Part shown: positions 20,493 through 30,345 of the stretch, in pieces
Numbering within the stretch: the stretch's first letter is position 1
Layout: the number at the start of each line of letters is the position of its first letter
Origin: Candidatus Bathyarchaeota archaeon
Lineage (GTDB): Archaea > Thermoproteota > Bathyarchaeia > Bathyarchaeales > Bathycorpusculaceae
Reading direction: 5' to 3'
Length of the DNA: 64,000 nucleotides
Assembly: GCA_963717465.1 (NCBI GenBank)
Contig: OY970340.1
Span: forward strand, 192,001 to 256,000
Program-made: the position numbers and the translations under genes
The notes under the pieces: generated by a model
Told to the model about the DNA's origin: nothing
What the model saw: the letters and a program-made list of their open reading frames with translations, nothing else
Databases searched by the model: none

Positions 20493-20553
20493 TATTTCGG
20501 CCTTCTAAATTTTAAATCGGCAACAAATTGATGCTTGTTGTGCTTAGATAAAA

Positions 20554-20581
20554 GTCTTACTAATTTATAAAAAAGTGTTAC
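20554..20581. promoter_or_regulatory. Candidate NikR operator
   Basis: GTCTTAC-N14-GTGTTAC upstream of the DUF3795 gene. Confidence 0.55.
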
Positions 20582-20919
20582 TGCTAATCCACAATAAAGT
20601 TAGCGTGTAAGCAAGCCGAAGAGCAACATTATTGGCAATACCTTGCGCGTTAGTTGCAAATATCGCTCATAAGCCCACAATTATCCTGATAGCCATCAAT
20701 GCTCTTAATATTATTAAGAGCCCATAATAGTTTTATGCCATTGAAATAAAACGTGAAAAATTGCTATAAAGTTGTCGGTACGTATCTTTAGGTTAAGTTA
20801 AGTTCGTCAGAAACAACTTCTGCTGAGCCTTTGCCAAGTTTCTTACTGATTATTTATTTTGGTTATTTTAAGATCCACCTTACCAAATTCGAAAAGAAAA
20901 AATGATGGAGGGTCAATGC

Positions 20920-22101
20920 TTAATGACCTTTTGCACCTTGATTGCTTTTTGTGGTATTAGCCTTTGCAGCTTTTTGGTCCGAAGTGGAGGTGGCTGTTGC
21001 TTTAATGGCGGGCGCTGAGGTGGCGGGCGCTGAGCTCTTGGTTGGAAAGGTTGTCATTTTTTCATATCCCTTGTGCCTATAGTAAGCTAATGCGACTGTC
21101 CATGAAATAAGAAAAGTTCCGATTATGGTATAGCCTATCACGCCAAAATCAAGATTCTGTAGAAAGCCCCAGAAACCACCTGTCAAGCCCATCTCTGTTG
21201 AAACCACCTGACCAACCTCGATGGCGCCTATAATGAAAGCAACCATTACTGAGATAATGGTGATTGTCAGGTTGTAGAAGATTTTCCGCATCGGCTTAAG
21301 GAACGCCCAGCCATATGCACATCTCATTAATACGCCGTCCGTTGTGTCAATCGTAACCATGCCTGCAGTGAACAGAAGCGGCAACACGAGGTAATACGCC
21401 ATCGGCACATTTGTCACAGCAAGAGAGGTACCGATTGCAAAAAGAGCAACCTGAGTAGCAGTATCAAAACCTAAACCGAAAAGCACACCGATAGGATAAA
21501 TTTGCCAAGGTGCATCAATAAATTTGAATAATCGTTTATAGGCTTTGCCCATCGTACTGTTTTCGTTGATAGATTCATCTATTTTATCCGATGTGACTGT
21601 GCCGTTTTTTAAGCCCTTGAATGTCTTATACACGCCTCGCACAATAATGAGGTTAAGGCCTCCGATGACGAAAAGGAATACGCCACTAATCCAAGTACCG
21701 AGTATATTGCCGCCTGACTGTAGTCCCGGTATAGCCCCTTTGATTACTTCAGTTGCAAAAACTAAGGCTACGAATAATGCCATTACGATGGTTGAATGTC
21801 CCAGAGAAAACCATGTGCCGACCGTTGTGGGTTTTTTACCTTGCTGTAGTAGTTTTCGAGTGGTGTTGTCAATCGCAGCGATGTGGTCAGCGTCAACTGC
21901 GTGCTGCAAACCATACACATATGCTACTAAGCCTAATCCTGCAAGGAGAGCATACTTGAATCCGATAAAGGTTGCAAGAATCAAAAGTACAACTGTTATT
22001 GCAGTTAAGATGACGTAAATAGTGCCTGCTTTAATTTTCTCTCTATTGGTTAAGCCTAATCTATCGCATTTCTCGGTTTCCTGATTTATGCCCATTTTCA
22101 A
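20920..22101 (-). CDS. HoxN/HupN/NixA (NiCoT) high-affinity nickel permease
   Basis: HAVDADHIAAIDN signature, FSLGHS, FGLGFDTAT. Confidence 0.94.
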   Translation of the reverse strand: MKMGINQETEKCDRLGLTNREKIKAGTIYVILTAITVVLLILATFIGFKYALLAGLGLVAYVYGLQHAVDADHIAAIDNTTRKLLQQGKKPTTVGTWFSLGHSTIVMALFVALVFATEVIKGAIPGLQSGGNILGTWISGVFLFVIGGLNLIIVRGVYKTFKGLKNGTVTSDKIDESINENSTMGKAYKRLFKFIDAPWQIYPIGVLFGLGFDTATQVALFAIGTSLAVTNVPMAYYLVLPLLFTAGMVTIDTTDGVLMRCAYGWAFLKPMRKIFYNLTITIISVMVAFIIGAIEVGQVVSTEMGLTGGFWGFLQNLDFGVIGYTIIGTFLISWTVALAYYRHKGYEKMTTFPTKSSAPATSAPAIKATATSTSDQKAAKANTTKSNQGAKGH

Positions 22102-22110
22102 AGTCTCTGA

Positions 22111-22138
22111 GTAATACCTTTCTTAGAAATGGTGTTAC
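22111..22138. promoter_or_regulatory. Candidate NikR operator
   Basis: GTAATAC-N14-GTGTTAC directly upstream of the NiCoT gene. Confidence 0.68.
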
Positions 22139-22273
22139 CGCAATATAAAAATGTTTAGGCTCAATCCACAATTTTTGAAGGCGTTACTTATTCTACTTGA
22201 TCTTGCTTTAATAACCACTATCAGGAGAAAGTTGGTTCAATTTTGGTCAGCAGATGTTTCTGCACTAAAACTA

Positions 22274-22624
22274 TCAACGGGTTAATTTATCCTCGAGCTT
22301 CTGCAATGCCAAAATCAGGGCACCATAGGACTCAAGCAGATGGCTACCTTCATGCCCAGCTTCGCCTTGCTGTATCATTGCTTTACTGAAGGCTTCTTCA
22401 CACTTTGTTTTAAGCGCTAACGCTTCAGCGATTTCGTTTGCGTCAGGCTTTTCGTTTAATTTTTCAATCAAGGAATACAACGATTTAAACTGGGCAATGC
22501 AAGCACGTACTGCGGTAACGAACGCTTCCTCCTCCTTCAAATAATTATCAAGCCTAACCTCCAGCTTACGCGCTTCTCTAAAGAACTGTTCAGAGGCAAC
22601 ACTTAAAGTGCGTTTGTTCATCAT
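22274..22624 (-). CDS. Hypothetical helical protein
   Basis: 116 aa ORF; degenerate operator-like ATAACAC-N14-GTGCTAA at 22644-22671 upstream. Confidence 0.6.
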   Translation of the reverse strand: MMNKRTLSVASEQFFREARKLEVRLDNYLKEEEAFVTAVRACIAQFKSLYSLIEKLNEKPDANEIAEALALKTKCEEAFSKAMIQQGEAGHEGSHLLESYGALILALQKLEDKLTR

Positions 22625-22881
22625 AGTTCACGCTCAGCCTATTATAACACACTTTTAAATAAACGTGCTAATAGTATTTGTCTATTTTTTGGAAATAAAT
22701 TAGATCTTTCTTCGAACAATCAAAAATAAAGTCGCTTATTTAAACCCAGAAAATCTTGCAATTGGTTGCTTTTTTGCTTTCAAATACTGCTCTTCATTGA
22801 AACTTATTAGTACTTGCCTTGTTAAAAAAGCGAATTGGCCACCGCATTCTTTTAATGTTGTTTTCGAGTTTCAGTTGGCTC

Positions 22882-23280
22882 ATGCATGAGTGGGCTTTAG
22901 CAGAAGCAGTCTTAACATCAGCCAGCGAAATTGCTAAGAAAGAAAAATTGAGAAAAGTTACCGTAGTCACCATAAAGATAGGTGAACTTCAACAAGTTGA
23001 ACCTAGCATTTTGAGGATGGCTCTCTTGGAAATGAAACAGCCGCCCTTTAGAGACGCTAAATTCCGCATTTTAAAAGCTAAAACAATGTTAGAGTGCAGG
23101 GTTTGTGGAAACATCTGGCACTTCAACAGCAAAAATTTGGACAAAGAAAAATCCGAAGCCATCCATTTCATTCCAGAAGTTGCGCACACTTATATCAAGT
23201 GCCCGAAATGCGATAGCCCTGACTTTAAAATCGTCGGTGGACGTGGAATATGGCTTGATAGCATAAAAGGAATTAAGTAA
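22882..23280 (+). CDS. hypA: Hydrogenase nickel incorporation protein HypA
   Basis: MHE N-terminus (ATG at 22882), IGELQQV, CRVC and CPKC, GGRG. Confidence 0.92.
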   Translation: MHEWALAEAVLTSASEIAKKEKLRKVTVVTIKIGELQQVEPSILRMALLEMKQPPFRDAKFRILKAKTMLECRVCGNIWHFNSKNLDKEKSEAIHFIPEVAHTYIKCPKCDSPDFKIVGGRGIWLDSIKGIK

Positions 23281-23466
23281 ATGGGGCACTTAACGCAAGC
23301 AGAATTGGCGAGCATTTAAGGGAAATAAGCCGAATTATTGCAGTTAGCAGCAAAGCCGCAAAACACTAGAACCGCTATAAGCTTTCCATTGGATGCTTAG
23401 CAGGCATATTTTTGTTGAATATAAAACTTTAAAGGCTAAATCGTTACAATTACGGATGGAGTAGAA

Positions 23467-23877
23467 ATGACCAAAATTACAAGAGCTGGTGTGACGTTTC
23501 CACCTGATCTTCTCAAAGACTTCGACAAAATTATAGGCAAAATGGGTTACGAGAGCCGTAGCAAAGCCATTCAAGATGCGGTACGACTATTCGTGTCTGA
23601 GAGAAAATGGATTCAGCAAGAGGAAAACACTGAGCAAACCGGTATGATAATAATGGTTTACGACCACGAAACCAGAGGTCTAGAAGAAGAGCTAACAGAA
23701 ATACAGCATCAACACAAGGAGACAGTCACGTCCACCATGCACATTCACATCAGTGAAAGAGACTGCCTTGAAGGAATAGCAGTCAAAGGCAAAGTCTCAG
23801 CAATCCGAAAACTCAGCGATGAACTCGCGACCCGAAGAGGCGTAAAAATTATTAAAACAGTCGTTGCAGCAGAATAA
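23467..23877 (+). CDS. nikR: Nickel-responsive regulator NikR
   Basis: RHH region RAGVTF..LLKDFD..GYESRSKAI; YDH, QH, HIH..CLE nickel-site residues. Confidence 0.93.
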   Translation: MTKITRAGVTFPPDLLKDFDKIIGKMGYESRSKAIQDAVRLFVSERKWIQQEENTEQTGMIIMVYDHETRGLEEELTEIQHQHKETVTSTMHIHISERDCLEGIAVKGKVSAIRKLSDELATRRGVKIIKTVVAAE

Positions 23878-23931
23878 ACCATTTCTAGGCTCCTCAACAG
23901 GTAAAATAATTGCGAATTAATTGCTTTCGAA

Positions 23932-23959
23932 GTATTACTTTTATTATTAAAGATAACAC
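23932..23959. promoter_or_regulatory. Candidate NikR operator
   Basis: GTATTAC-N14-ATAACAC upstream of the larC-like gene. Confidence 0.62.
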
Positions 23960-24100
23960 TTAAATTTAGGTACATGTTTTATTAAATTGTAATAAGGAAC
24001 AGCAATCGGTCGATATTCATCCTTCCGAGCAGTCGCCAAGATTAAACCGGTAGGTTGACTGTTAAAATATAATTGGCCTGCTTGATAAAACGACTTTTTT

Positions 24101-24937
24101 GTGATAAATATGCTTGAACTTGAAAAAATATTTAAAAAAATATTAGTAATTGATTGCCAAACTTCTGGTATTGCGGGAGACATGATTTTAGGAGCATTAA
24201 TAAACCTTGGAGGGAACGTTGACAAAGTTGTCTGTGCGATCAAAACGCTGGAAGAGCCCGAATATGGTTACGGAAACATCAGAATAAAGATTGAAGAGGT
24301 AACTCGAGGCGAGTTTAAAGCAATCAACATCGATGTAACCTCCGAAACTGCCAACAAAACCCAACGCGACGAACTCGTCAACATAGTAGAAGACGTGGCA
24401 ATGCAACTTGATATTTCAGTAAAAGCTAAGCAGTTCGCCTCCAAAGCTATTCACACATTAATCAATGTCGAAGCTGATTTGCACAATACAGGATTTGATG
24501 ATGGCGCTCTGGATGAAGTGGCAATGGTTGATACAGCCGCTGAAATAATCGGAACTGCAGTTGCGCTTGATGATTTAGGCTTATTTGGATCCAAAATTTA
24601 TGCTACACCATTGGCGGTCGGTGGAGGAACGTTCATGATTTCACACGGTATAGTTTCAAGCCCTGCACCTGCAACATTAGCCATACTGCAGTCAAAAAAA
24701 TTTCCATTTCACGGTGGACCAATAGAAGCGGAACTTGCAACGCCGACAGGTGCTTCTATCTTGGTTAACTTGGTTGATGAAGTCAACCGTTTCTATCCGC
24801 TTCTTGTTCCGTTAAAGGTTGGTTACGGAGCTGGAACTAAAAATTTTACTGAATTGCCAGCAGTTTTGAGGCTTACAATGGGACGGACTTTGGATGAAGC
24901 AGTTACTGATGGTATCACTGTTTTGAAAACCCTCTAA
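24101..24937 (+). CDS. LarC-family protein, N-terminal part only
   Basis: DCQTSGIAGDMILGAL, HG..SPAPAT, ELATPTGA, GYGAG; ends at ITVLKTL, where the C-terminal domain normally begins. Confidence 0.82.
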   Translation: MINMLELEKIFKKILVIDCQTSGIAGDMILGALINLGGNVDKVVCAIKTLEEPEYGYGNIRIKIEEVTRGEFKAINIDVTSETANKTQRDELVNIVEDVAMQLDISVKAKQFASKAIHTLINVEADLHNTGFDDGALDEVAMVDTAAEIIGTAVALDDLGLFGSKIYATPLAVGGGTFMISHGIVSSPAPATLAILQSKKFPFHGGPIEAELATPTGASILVNLVDEVNRFYPLLVPLKVGYGAGTKNFTELPAVLRLTMGRTLDEAVTDGITVLKTL

Positions 24938-25133
24938 AAAATGATTAATTAGACTAAATGATTCATAGTACGTCGCGCATTCTATATTTTAACGCTGAAT
25001 TCTATATCCGAAGTTCTGGGCATCTCATTTCCAATTATGTTAAAGACAATCGTTAAGTTGGATAGTTAGAGGGGGAATGAAGTACTGAGACGAGGAGTGT
25101 ATACCCCCTAACTACCTATAACTACCTAATATA

Positions 25134-25161
25134 GTGTTACTTTTGTATATAAAAGTATTAC
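25134..25161. promoter_or_regulatory. Candidate NikR operator
   Basis: GTGTTAC-N14-GTATTAC. Confidence 0.55.
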
Positions 25162-25397
25162 TATTTTCTTTGCCGAACCAAAACGGTTCTGCGGAAAGCA
25201 AAATAATCTTTAGCAGCAGGTTTGTTCCTTAATTTGTTCAAAAATGGTTTTAGTCTATAGTTTGCACATCTGTAGGGGCAGTTTCGTGAGTTGCAATTGT
25301 TTCTGCCTTCTTTGCAGAGCCTGTCTTTCTCAAACCTGTACAGATGTTTTAGCCGGCTGAACGGTAAAGGAACGATATCCCGTGTTTGCGGGTCTAA

Positions 25398-25461
25398 GTG
25401 TTACGATTTTGTAAAATAATAATACTTAAATAGCGTTAACGCTTTTTAAAAGTGGTAACAC
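25398..25461. promoter_or_regulatory. Candidate NikR operator at the ABC transporter promoter
   Basis: GTGTTAC-N14-ATAATAC at 25398-25425 and an extra half-site GTAACAC at 25455-25461. Confidence 0.6.
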
Positions 25462-25468
25462 GAATCAA

Positions 25469-26563
25469 GTGATATGTATGAATAAAAAAGCTCTTACAAA
25501 AATTCAGGCAGTTGTGCTGCTTGTAGTAATTATTGTTGCAGCAGCCTCAATAGCATTTGTTTTTTATTACAATTCAGAATCATCAAACAATAACTCGAAA
25601 TCATCAAACAATGGCGCGCTGACTATTGTTGATCAGGATGAAAGGACCGTGCAAGTCCCAGCAAATGTGCAGAGGGCTGTTATAATCGATTCCTACTGGG
25701 CAGAAGTCGCCTGCGTGCTCGGCGACCAAAACAAGATAGTGGGCATCGGGACATATGTCCCAGGGTCGCCCTTCATCCCCTCCGCCGTGCAGAACCTGAC
25801 TATCGTTGGAGACCAATTCGGCGGCATCAACATGGAGACAGTGGTAGCACTGAAGCCGGACGTTGTGATAATGGACATCGGTTTTGGGTCCGCTGACCAG
25901 GAAGTGAGTACGCTGGAAAATCTGGGCATCTCCGTGATCACCCTCAACCCAGCGATCTACAGGGATGAGATGGGCGCAATAAAGATCATCGGCGAGGCAC
26001 TTGACTCGAACAATCAGGCAAATAAGCTGATAGATTATATGCAGAGCGGCTTGACAAATATAACCCTAACAACAATCCAGATACCGGACTCTTCCATGCC
26101 GTCGGTGCTCATAGGCTCTTACAACCCAGAATATTATGGCACCTCGTTCTCCGCAGACTCCGACAGCGAGTGGGGGACTGCCGTGAATCTGGTTGGAGGG
26201 AACAACACAGCCTACGTCTATGCTCCGACCCAGGAATATCCCATGATCAATGCGGAGACGGTCCTTGGTTGGAACGATAGCATAGTTATCATCACCGACT
26301 ACAGCAGCACGAGCGTCGCCTCCGATGTTGCTGCCTTTGAACAGCAATATCCGACGCTGGCGGCCGTTGAGAACCATCAAGTCTATGGTGTGATAGTCGG
26401 TGGCGAGCAGCAAGGGGCTTATCTGGATGACGGCCCCCGTGCCCTTCTTGGTCTTGACGAGCTTGCCACGATAATCCAGCCCACGTACTTCAACAACATA
26501 AACATAACGAGCGCGGCAGACCAGCTATTCTCCCAGTTCTACCCATATGCCATAGGAAGTTAG
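25469..26563 (+). CDS. ABC transporter substrate-binding protein (siderophore/cobalamin/heme class)
   Basis: N-terminal anchor, DQDERTV, NMETVVALKPDVVI, AVENHQVY, GPR. Confidence 0.87.
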   Translation: MICMNKKALTKIQAVVLLVVIIVAAASIAFVFYYNSESSNNNSKSSNNGALTIVDQDERTVQVPANVQRAVIIDSYWAEVACVLGDQNKIVGIGTYVPGSPFIPSAVQNLTIVGDQFGGINMETVVALKPDVVIMDIGFGSADQEVSTLENLGISVITLNPAIYRDEMGAIKIIGEALDSNNQANKLIDYMQSGLTNITLTTIQIPDSSMPSVLIGSYNPEYYGTSFSADSDSEWGTAVNLVGGNNTAYVYAPTQEYPMINAETVLGWNDSIVIITDYSSTSVASDVAAFEQQYPTLAAVENHQVYGVIVGGEQQGAYLDDGPRALLGLDELATIIQPTYFNNINITSAADQLFSQFYPYAIGS

Positions 26564-26701
26564 TGCTAGTATAAGCTAGCTGACTACAATAATTCAGCCG
26601 CAATATTTCAATATAAGCGTGCAGAACGGCCGACCAGCTGTTCGCTCAATTCTACCAGTTTAATAGCACAAATTAGAGTTAAAAAAAGAAAAGGAAAAAA
26701 G

Positions 26702-27739
26702 ATGAAGTCAACTCAAGGCAGGCTGCGATGGAACATACTTGCAATCTTGCTTTTGCCCATTCCAGTATTTGTATTGTCTATGTTCATAGGCACATACTAT
26801 CTCCCTCCCGGAGTTGTGCTGCAGGTAATTTTTGACAGGATTGTTACGCCTTTCTCATCGTCTGCCTCCTCGCCTTCGGTCTATGGAACCATAATTTTTG
26901 ATATCAGGCTTCCAAGGATAATTCTGGCGTTGATGGGTGGCATCGTACTCGCGACTACGGGGTCATCGCTGCAAGGGGTCTTCAAGAATCCGCTGGTGGA
27001 CTCGTACATATTGGGCATTGCAGCGGGGGCAGGCTTCGGGGCAGCCATTGCAATAGCCTTTCTGCCCAGCGTGCTGGCAATGAGCCAGATACTTGCCTTC
27101 GCCTTCGGGATACTTGCTTTCCTTTTGACTTTTTTTGCTGCCCGAACTAGGGGGAAACACCCACTGTGTCACTTGTGCTGGGTGGAATAATTGTTACAGC
27201 ACTCTTCTCCGCGGGTATCTCGCTGATCGAATTCCTTACCAACCCTGACCAGCTTGCAGGGGTAGTTCTACTGGCTTATGGGAAGTCTGTCCTCGGCGAG
27301 CTGGAACGGGGTTCTCGAAATACTGCCCGTTACCATTGCTGGGTTTATAATCATTTTTCTGATGCGTTGGCGGCTGAATGTCATCTCCATGGGCGAGGAG
27401 GAGGCAAAATCACTGGGAGTGAACATAGGGAGGGACCGGCTTATTGTATTGGCGGCGTCAACTTTAATGGTCTCAGCCATTGTCTCCGTCACCGGCATTA
27501 TCGGATGGATAGGGCTGGTCGTGCCCCACATCGTGCGGATGCTCGCAAGGACCCCTGACAACAGGGTAATCATACCACTCTCGGCTGCGCTGGGGGCGGT
27601 CTTTTTAATCATAGCCGACGATCTGGCGCGGTCTCTCTTCGTTTTTGAGCTTCCAGTAGGCCTCCTAACCACGGTTATAGGTGCCCCCTTCTTCCTATAC
27701 TTGCTGAAAAGGCGAGGCGGAGCGGTGTGGAGGCAGTGA
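26702..27739 (+). CDS. FecCD/BtuC-type ABC permease, split by two frameshifts
   Basis: IRLPR, NPLVD, GEEEAKSLGV, GWIGLVVPH, ELPVG, GAPFF spread over three frames. Confidence 0.85.
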
Positions 27740-27740
27740 T

Positions 27741-28514
27741 ATGGCTGAGGTAATTTCTGTTAGCGGTCTCCGCTTCTCCTATGGGCTCGGCTTTGAGTTG
27801 CGGGACATCTCGCTCACCGTGGGGCGGGGGAATGTAACCACGTTGCTTGGGCCGAATGGCTGCGGCAAGACTACCCTTCTGAAGTGCATGAATGCATTGC
27901 TGATGCCCGAAGAGGGAATGGTCAAGATAAACGGCAAGGATGTCTTCAGAATAGGCAGGGGCGAACTTGCCCGCCTGGCTGGTTTCGTGCCACAGTCACA
28001 TACCCCATCCTTTCCGTATTCGGTCGGGGATGTCGTGCTCATGGGCAGGGTATCCTGCATGAGCATATTCCAGCAGCCCTCCTGTTTGGACTATGCAAAA
28101 GCGGGGAATGCCATAGAGGCGGTTGGTCTATCTGCTCTTAAGGACCGCTCCTATACCCAGATAAGCGGTGGGGAGCGGCAGCTCTCACTTATTGCAAGGG
28201 CTATAGCCCAGGAGCCGGCCGCGTTGCTGCTCGATGAGCCGACCGCCCACCTTGACTTCAAAAACCAATTCACGGTACTGCAGATGGTTAGAAAGGTCGC
28301 AAGAGAGAGGGGAATGGCTATCGTGATGAGTTTGCATGATCCAAACCAGGCCATGCTTTTCTCGGACACCATAGCCCTCATATCCTCTGGAAGGATGGTG
28401 TCTATTGGAAAGCCCGAAGAGGTAATCTGTTCCGAGAGCATCAAGCAGCTTTACGAGATTGACACTGAAATTATTGTCCACAACGGCAGAAAGCTTGTAA
28501 TGCCTTTGATTTGA
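27741..28514 (+). CDS. ABC transporter ATP-binding protein
   Basis: GPNGCGKT, ISGGERQ, LLDEPTAHLD, LHDPN. Confidence 0.93.
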   Translation: MAEVISVSGLRFSYGLGFELRDISLTVGRGNVTTLLGPNGCGKTTLLKCMNALLMPEEGMVKINGKDVFRIGRGELARLAGFVPQSHTPSFPYSVGDVVLMGRVSCMSIFQQPSCLDYAKAGNAIEAVGLSALKDRSYTQISGGERQLSLIARAIAQEPAALLLDEPTAHLDFKNQFTVLQMVRKVARERGMAIVMSLHDPNQAMLFSDTIALISSGRMVSIGKPEEVICSESIKQLYEIDTEIIVHNGRKLVMPLI

Positions 28515-28724
28515 TCTGGTGAAAGTTTGCTTTCCAGTCTGGTCTTGGACATTTTTGAATATTTTCAATCTAACAAAAGTTACTAGCCAATATGCAAGCG
28601 TAAATTTTCTGTCGGGATCTTGTGGTCGTTCCCTTTTTTCACAGTCGGTTTCTTGCTGCCCGAATGGAGAAACAAGTTTGCTCCACATTCTTATGCACAA
28701 ATAGCTAGCTGTAGCCAGTCATCT

Positions 28725-29468
28725 CTATGCAATTACCCTTACAATGAATCGGTCGTCTCTGGCAGCCAAGTCCAATGCCTCTTGGCTAGTAAGATTCGAG
28801 ATGGCGACATCGCTTAGATGCTTTCGGCAAGCCTCGGCTGCGGCGGCCATCTGTTCATCCGTCGGACGTTTATATGGCTGTCCGGGCACTGGTATGTACC
28901 CCATAATGTGCAAGGGAATTTTGCTATCTAGCATGGCCAACCATGCCGCAATTGCCTCGATTTGGTCCACATCTACAAAGCCAGGGATAAATACCACATT
29001 AGCCTTCATCTTCAGCCCTGCACGAAAGGCAGCCTCGAAGTTGCGAAAAATCATGCTCTTTGGCTTTCCAGTATATCGCAGATGAACCTTTTCATCCCAA
29101 GCTTTTATGCCGACATTGGCGCCGTCTAAATTCGGCAGAGGTAAGCGGCTCCCATTTGTGTGCCCCAGATACGTTCTGGCTCCCAGAGTGTTTTTGATGA
29201 AATCGAGCATTTCAGGTAGTTCCTTTGATACAGTAGGTTCACCACCCATGAAGTAAACCTTATCCAAGGGTACTGAGAGGAGAGTTTGTTTCATCTGGTG
29301 AACGGTCAGGAACCTCTCAGGTCGGGGAAAGGAAAGACCTGACGGACCAGCTGCTCCGCTTCGTAACTTATAGCTACATACTTCACAGTGGAAGGTGCAA
29401 CCGTAATTGTGCAGCGTAGCGAAGCGGTATTTGTCATTGTAGGTAATCTTAGAGAAGGCCATATTCAT
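28725..29468 (-). CDS. Radical SAM protein (PflA-like)
   Basis: CTFHCEVC (CX3CX2C), GGEPT, TNG. Confidence 0.87.
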   Translation of the reverse strand: MNMAFSKITYNDKYRFATLHNYGCTFHCEVCSYKLRSGAAGPSGLSFPRPERFLTVHQMKQTLLSVPLDKVYFMGGEPTVSKELPEMLDFIKNTLGARTYLGHTNGSRLPLPNLDGANVGIKAWDEKVHLRYTGKPKSMIFRNFEAAFRAGLKMKANVVFIPGFVDVDQIEAIAAWLAMLDSKIPLHIMGYIPVPGQPYKRPTDEQMAAAAEACRKHLSDVAISNLTSQEALDLAARDDRFIVRVIA

Positions 29469-29526
29469 TCACAACCGTCATGGGCCGACCAACTTGATGT
29501 GCTCATCGGAGTCACTCGCTCAAAAG

Positions 29527-29554
29527 GTGACATTATATTAACATTTCGTGTTAC
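29527..29554. promoter_or_regulatory. Candidate NikR operator
   Basis: GTGACAT-N14-GTGTTAC upstream of the radical SAM gene. Confidence 0.5.
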
Positions 29555-29814
29555 TTCTTACATATATAGATATGTCATACCAAACCCTATTTTGCATCCT
29601 CAATTAGGTGATAGTGCATCCAGCCGAGTACGGAAGAAGCGGGTAAGGCAAGTTGAGAAAGGCTTAAACAATCTTGGCACGGTGCTAACTAAAGTTTGGT
29701 GTCCAGTGGTACAATTGCTTAAAAGCAGAAACCGATCAAATAAGGAATAGGTAATTTGATGGTTAATGGTAAAGTTTGCAAAAAGTAAAGTTTGTCTTAG
29801 AAAAAGTGGTTTTT

Positions 29815-30345
29815 ATGGCGAAAGATACTCTTGAAAGGCGCTTGTTTTGGTTGAAGCTTGAAGGGGATGGCTTTAACAAGAGGGAGATTATTAAGGAAGT
29901 GTGTGCCAAGTTTGGGTGTTCTAAGGTTACTGCCTACAATGATTTTAATACGCGATCTGCTTGGCAGCCTTTGCTACAGGAGTTCGCTGAGGCGTTATCT
30001 AGGGCTAAGAATTGTCATGCGCAGTTGTACCGTAAAGCCAGCTTTTTGTATGCTCAAGCTAAGAATGATCGGGAGCGTTTGGTTGCTTTGAATCTTATGC
30101 GTCAGATTAATATGGATCTTGCTGAGCTTAGCGGTGCTAAACCCTCTGAGCAAAAATCAACTGAGGAAATTCATATAGTATGGGAGGACCCTGAAGAATG
30201 CAAAAAACAGTATCAACAAAACTGCGAATCAGATACAAGCCCCATCCAGGACAGCGCCAATTCCACTTCTATCCCGCCCGTTTCCGAATCCTCAACTGTG
30301 GGAGACGGTGGGGTAAAACCGTCTGCGGCGCCAACGAATTCATAA
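29815..30345 (+). CDS. Putative terminase small subunit (N-terminal HTH)
   Basis: HTH-like EIIKEVCAKFGCSKVTAYND; directly upstream of and overlapping terL. Confidence 0.6.
   Translation: MAKDTLERRLFWLKLEGDGFNKREIIKEVCAKFGCSKVTAYNDFNTRSAWQPLLQEFAEALSRAKNCHAQLYRKASFLYAQAKNDRERLVALNLMRQINMDLAELSGAKPSEQKSTEEIHIVWEDPEECKKQYQQNCESDTSPIQDSANSTSIPPVSESSTVGDGGVKPSAAPTNS

Noticed and set aside
25260..25350. ACATCTGTA/TACAGATGT inverted repeat as a riboswitch upstream of the ABC transporter
   Set aside because: A single 9-bp stem with no recognisable aptamer motifs, lying upstream of the probable promoter.
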